DNA of 64,000 nt from Sphingomicrobium sp. Lineage in GTDB: Bacteria > Pseudomonadota > Alphaproteobacteria > Sphingomonadales > Sphingomonadaceae. Made by a program: the position numbers and the translations under genes. Position 1 is the first letter of the stretch. Each line of letters begins with the position of its first letter. The stretch spans positions 3,379-67,378 of the forward strand of contig JBJMUA010000035.1 in assembly GCA_045811425.1 (NCBI GenBank), given 5' to 3'. Below the pieces are notes generated by a model, which had not been told where the DNA came from, did no database searches, and saw only the letters and a program-made list of their open reading frames with translations. Positions 62,354 to 64,000 of this stretch are shown here, in pieces.

Positions 62354-62668
62354 ATGCGGTTGATTTCGATTGCGGCGCTGACTTTTGCCCTGGCCGCTCC
62401 GGGCCTGGCCGCTGTCGACAAGCAGCCGCCCGATCGCATGCCGTCGGAAATGACCCCGACCGAGATCAAGGCCTATAATGCCGACATCGCTCACAGCCAC
62501 CCTTATTACATCGTCTGCCGGAAGACCGAGGTCATAGGCTCGCTGGTAAGGAAACTGCGGGTCTGCCGCACCAACGAGCAGTGGAAGATATCATCGGCCA
62601 AGGGCAACGAAAATGCCGCCGATACGCTCGAGGCGATGCGCCGGGCACCGGTCAACAGCAGCAACTGA
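62354..62668 (+). CDS. Small secreted two-Cys protein, copy 2
   Basis: GGGAG RBS; paralogue of 61976-62290 with the same length; CRKTEVIGSLVRKLRVCRTNEQW. Confidence 0.75.
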   Translation: MRLISIAALTFALAAPGLAAVDKQPPDRMPSEMTPTEIKAYNADIAHSHPYYIVCRKTEVIGSLVRKLRVCRTNEQWKISSAKGNENAADTLEAMRRAPVNSSN

Positions 62669-62673
62669 GGCGA

Positions 62674-64000
62674 CTAGGCCGGCTCGATCACCAGCCGGCC
62701 GTCACCTTCGTCCACCTTCACTTTCGATCCATCCCCGACCCGCCCGGCCAGGATTTCGTCCGCCAGCGGATCCTGCAGATATTTCTGCACGGCGCGCTTC
62801 AGCGGTCGCGCGCCATAGACGGGATCATAGCCGACCCGGCCCAGCCATGCTCGCGCCGCGTCGGTCAACTCCAGCTGGATCTTGCGATCGTCGAGCAGTT
62901 TCTGCAGCCGCTGGATCTGGATATCGACGATCGGGCCCATATGACCCGCCGACAGCCGGTGGAACAGGATGATCTCGTCCAGCCGGTTCAGGAACTCGGG
63001 CCGGAAATGGCCGCGTACCACCTCCATCACCTGCGCCTCGACATTGGTCGGATTTTCGTCCTCGCCCAATGAGGCGAGATATTGCGAGCCCAGGTTCGAG
63101 GTCAAAATGATGATGGTGTTGGTAAAATCGACCGTGCGCCCCTGGCCATCGGTCAGGCGGCCGTCATCGAGCACCTGGAGGAGGATGTTGAACACATCGC
63201 CATGGGCTTTCTCAACCTCGTCGAACAGGACGACCTGGTAGGGACGCCGCCGGACCGCCTCGGTCAACACGCCGCCTTCCTCATAGCCGACATAGCCCGG
63301 CGGAGCGCCGATCAGCCGCGCGACCGCGTGCTTCTCCATGAACTCAGACATGTCGATGCGGACCATCGCGTGGGAATCGTCGAACAGGAATTCGGCCAGC
63401 GCCTTGGTCAGCTCGGTCTTGCCCACACCCGTGGGCCCCAGGAACAGGAATGAGCCGAGGGGCCGGTTCGGATCCTGAAGACCTGCCCGGGCGCGTCGCA
63501 CGGCGGCGGAAACGGCCTTGACCGCATCCTGCTGGCCGATGACGCGGGCTCCGATCGCCTCCTCCATGCTCATCAGTTTCTCGCGCTCGCCCTCCATCAT
63601 CCGTTCGACCGGAATGCCGGTCCAACGGCTGACCACTGCGGCGATGTCCTGGTCGGTCACTTCCTCGCGCAGCATGGCGCCCTTTGACGCCTGCGAAGCT
63701 TCACTGAGTTTCTTCTCCAGCTCCGGGATGCGGCCATATTGCAGCTCGCCGGCCTTCGCGAGGTCACCGGTCCGTTGCGCTTGCTCCAGCTCGATCCGGG
63801 CGGCATCGAGCTGCTCCTTGATCTTCGCTTCCCCGGCGATCTTTTCCTTCTCCGCCTGCCAGCGCGTGGTCAGCTCGGCAGACTGCTGCTCAAGATTGGC
63901 CAGTTCCTGCTCGAGCGTCTTCAGGCGGTCCTTTGAGGCTGCGTCGCTTTCCTTCTTTAGCGCTTCGCGCTCGATCTTGAGCTGGATGATCCGGCGGTCG
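62674..64000 (-). CDS. clpB: Chaperone ClpB, C-terminal part (runs off window end)
   Basis: Coiled-coil M-domain, [37 protein letters not shown]. Confidence 0.96.
   Translation of the reverse strand, partial: DRRIIQLKIEREALKKESDAASKDRLKTLEQELANLEQQSAELTTRWQAEKEKIAGEAKIKEQLDAARIELEQAQRTGDLAKAGELQYGRIPELEKKLSEASQASKGAMLREEVTDQDIAAVVSRWTGIPVERMMEGEREKLMSMEEAIGARVIGQQDAVKAVSAAVRRARAGLQDPNRPLGSFLFLGPTGVGKTELTKALAEFLFDDSHAMVRIDMSEFMEKHAVARLIGAPPGYVGYEEGGVLTEAVRRRPYQVVLFDEVEKAHGDVFNILLQVLDDGRLTDGQGRTVDFTNTIIILTSNLGSQYLASLGEDENPTNVEAQVMEVVRGHFRPEFLNRLDEIILFHRLSAGHMGPIVDIQIQRLQKLLDDRKIQLELTDAARAWLGRVGYDPVYGARPLKRAVQKYLQDPLADEILAGRVGDGSKVKVDEGDGRLVIEPA

Noticed and set aside
62057-62487. Direct repeats as a CRISPR array or mobile-element ends
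   Set aside because: Only two copies, both within paralogous coding sequences; no spacers or cas genes

Overview
GC-rich alphaproteobacterial chromosome segment; gene content, synteny and a REP-like palindrome fit Sphingomonadaceae (inference). It is mostly housekeeping genes (mgtE, carD, dinB, sucC, etfBA, lysA, tRNA-Phe, yacG, maf, infA, hppA, thiL, nusB, cobS/cobT, rpmB, purD, xseA, clpB). No prophage, IS, integrase or CRISPR array was seen. The accessory blocks worth attention are: (1) a Cys-rich TonB-dependent receptor flanked by a Sel1-prolyl-hydroxylase-like 2OG oxygenase, a sulfotransferase-like protein, a TPR-Asp/Asn beta-hydroxylase and a tandem pair of small secreted two-Cys proteins; (2) an ECF sigma-FecR-TonB transducer-autotransporter signalling cassette, with a shared candidate promoter motif and a transducer that lacks a canonical start codon; (3) an orphan, divergent mreB paralogue; (4) a candidate multi-hairpin anti-SD sRNA downstream of cobT; (5) an HxlR-controlled GST/VOC/DUF1428 operon with a twin operator and an internally deleted VOC remnant; (6) an orphan lipoprotein gene pair downstream of tRNA-Phe. 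All assignments come from motifs read by eye; no database searches were run.
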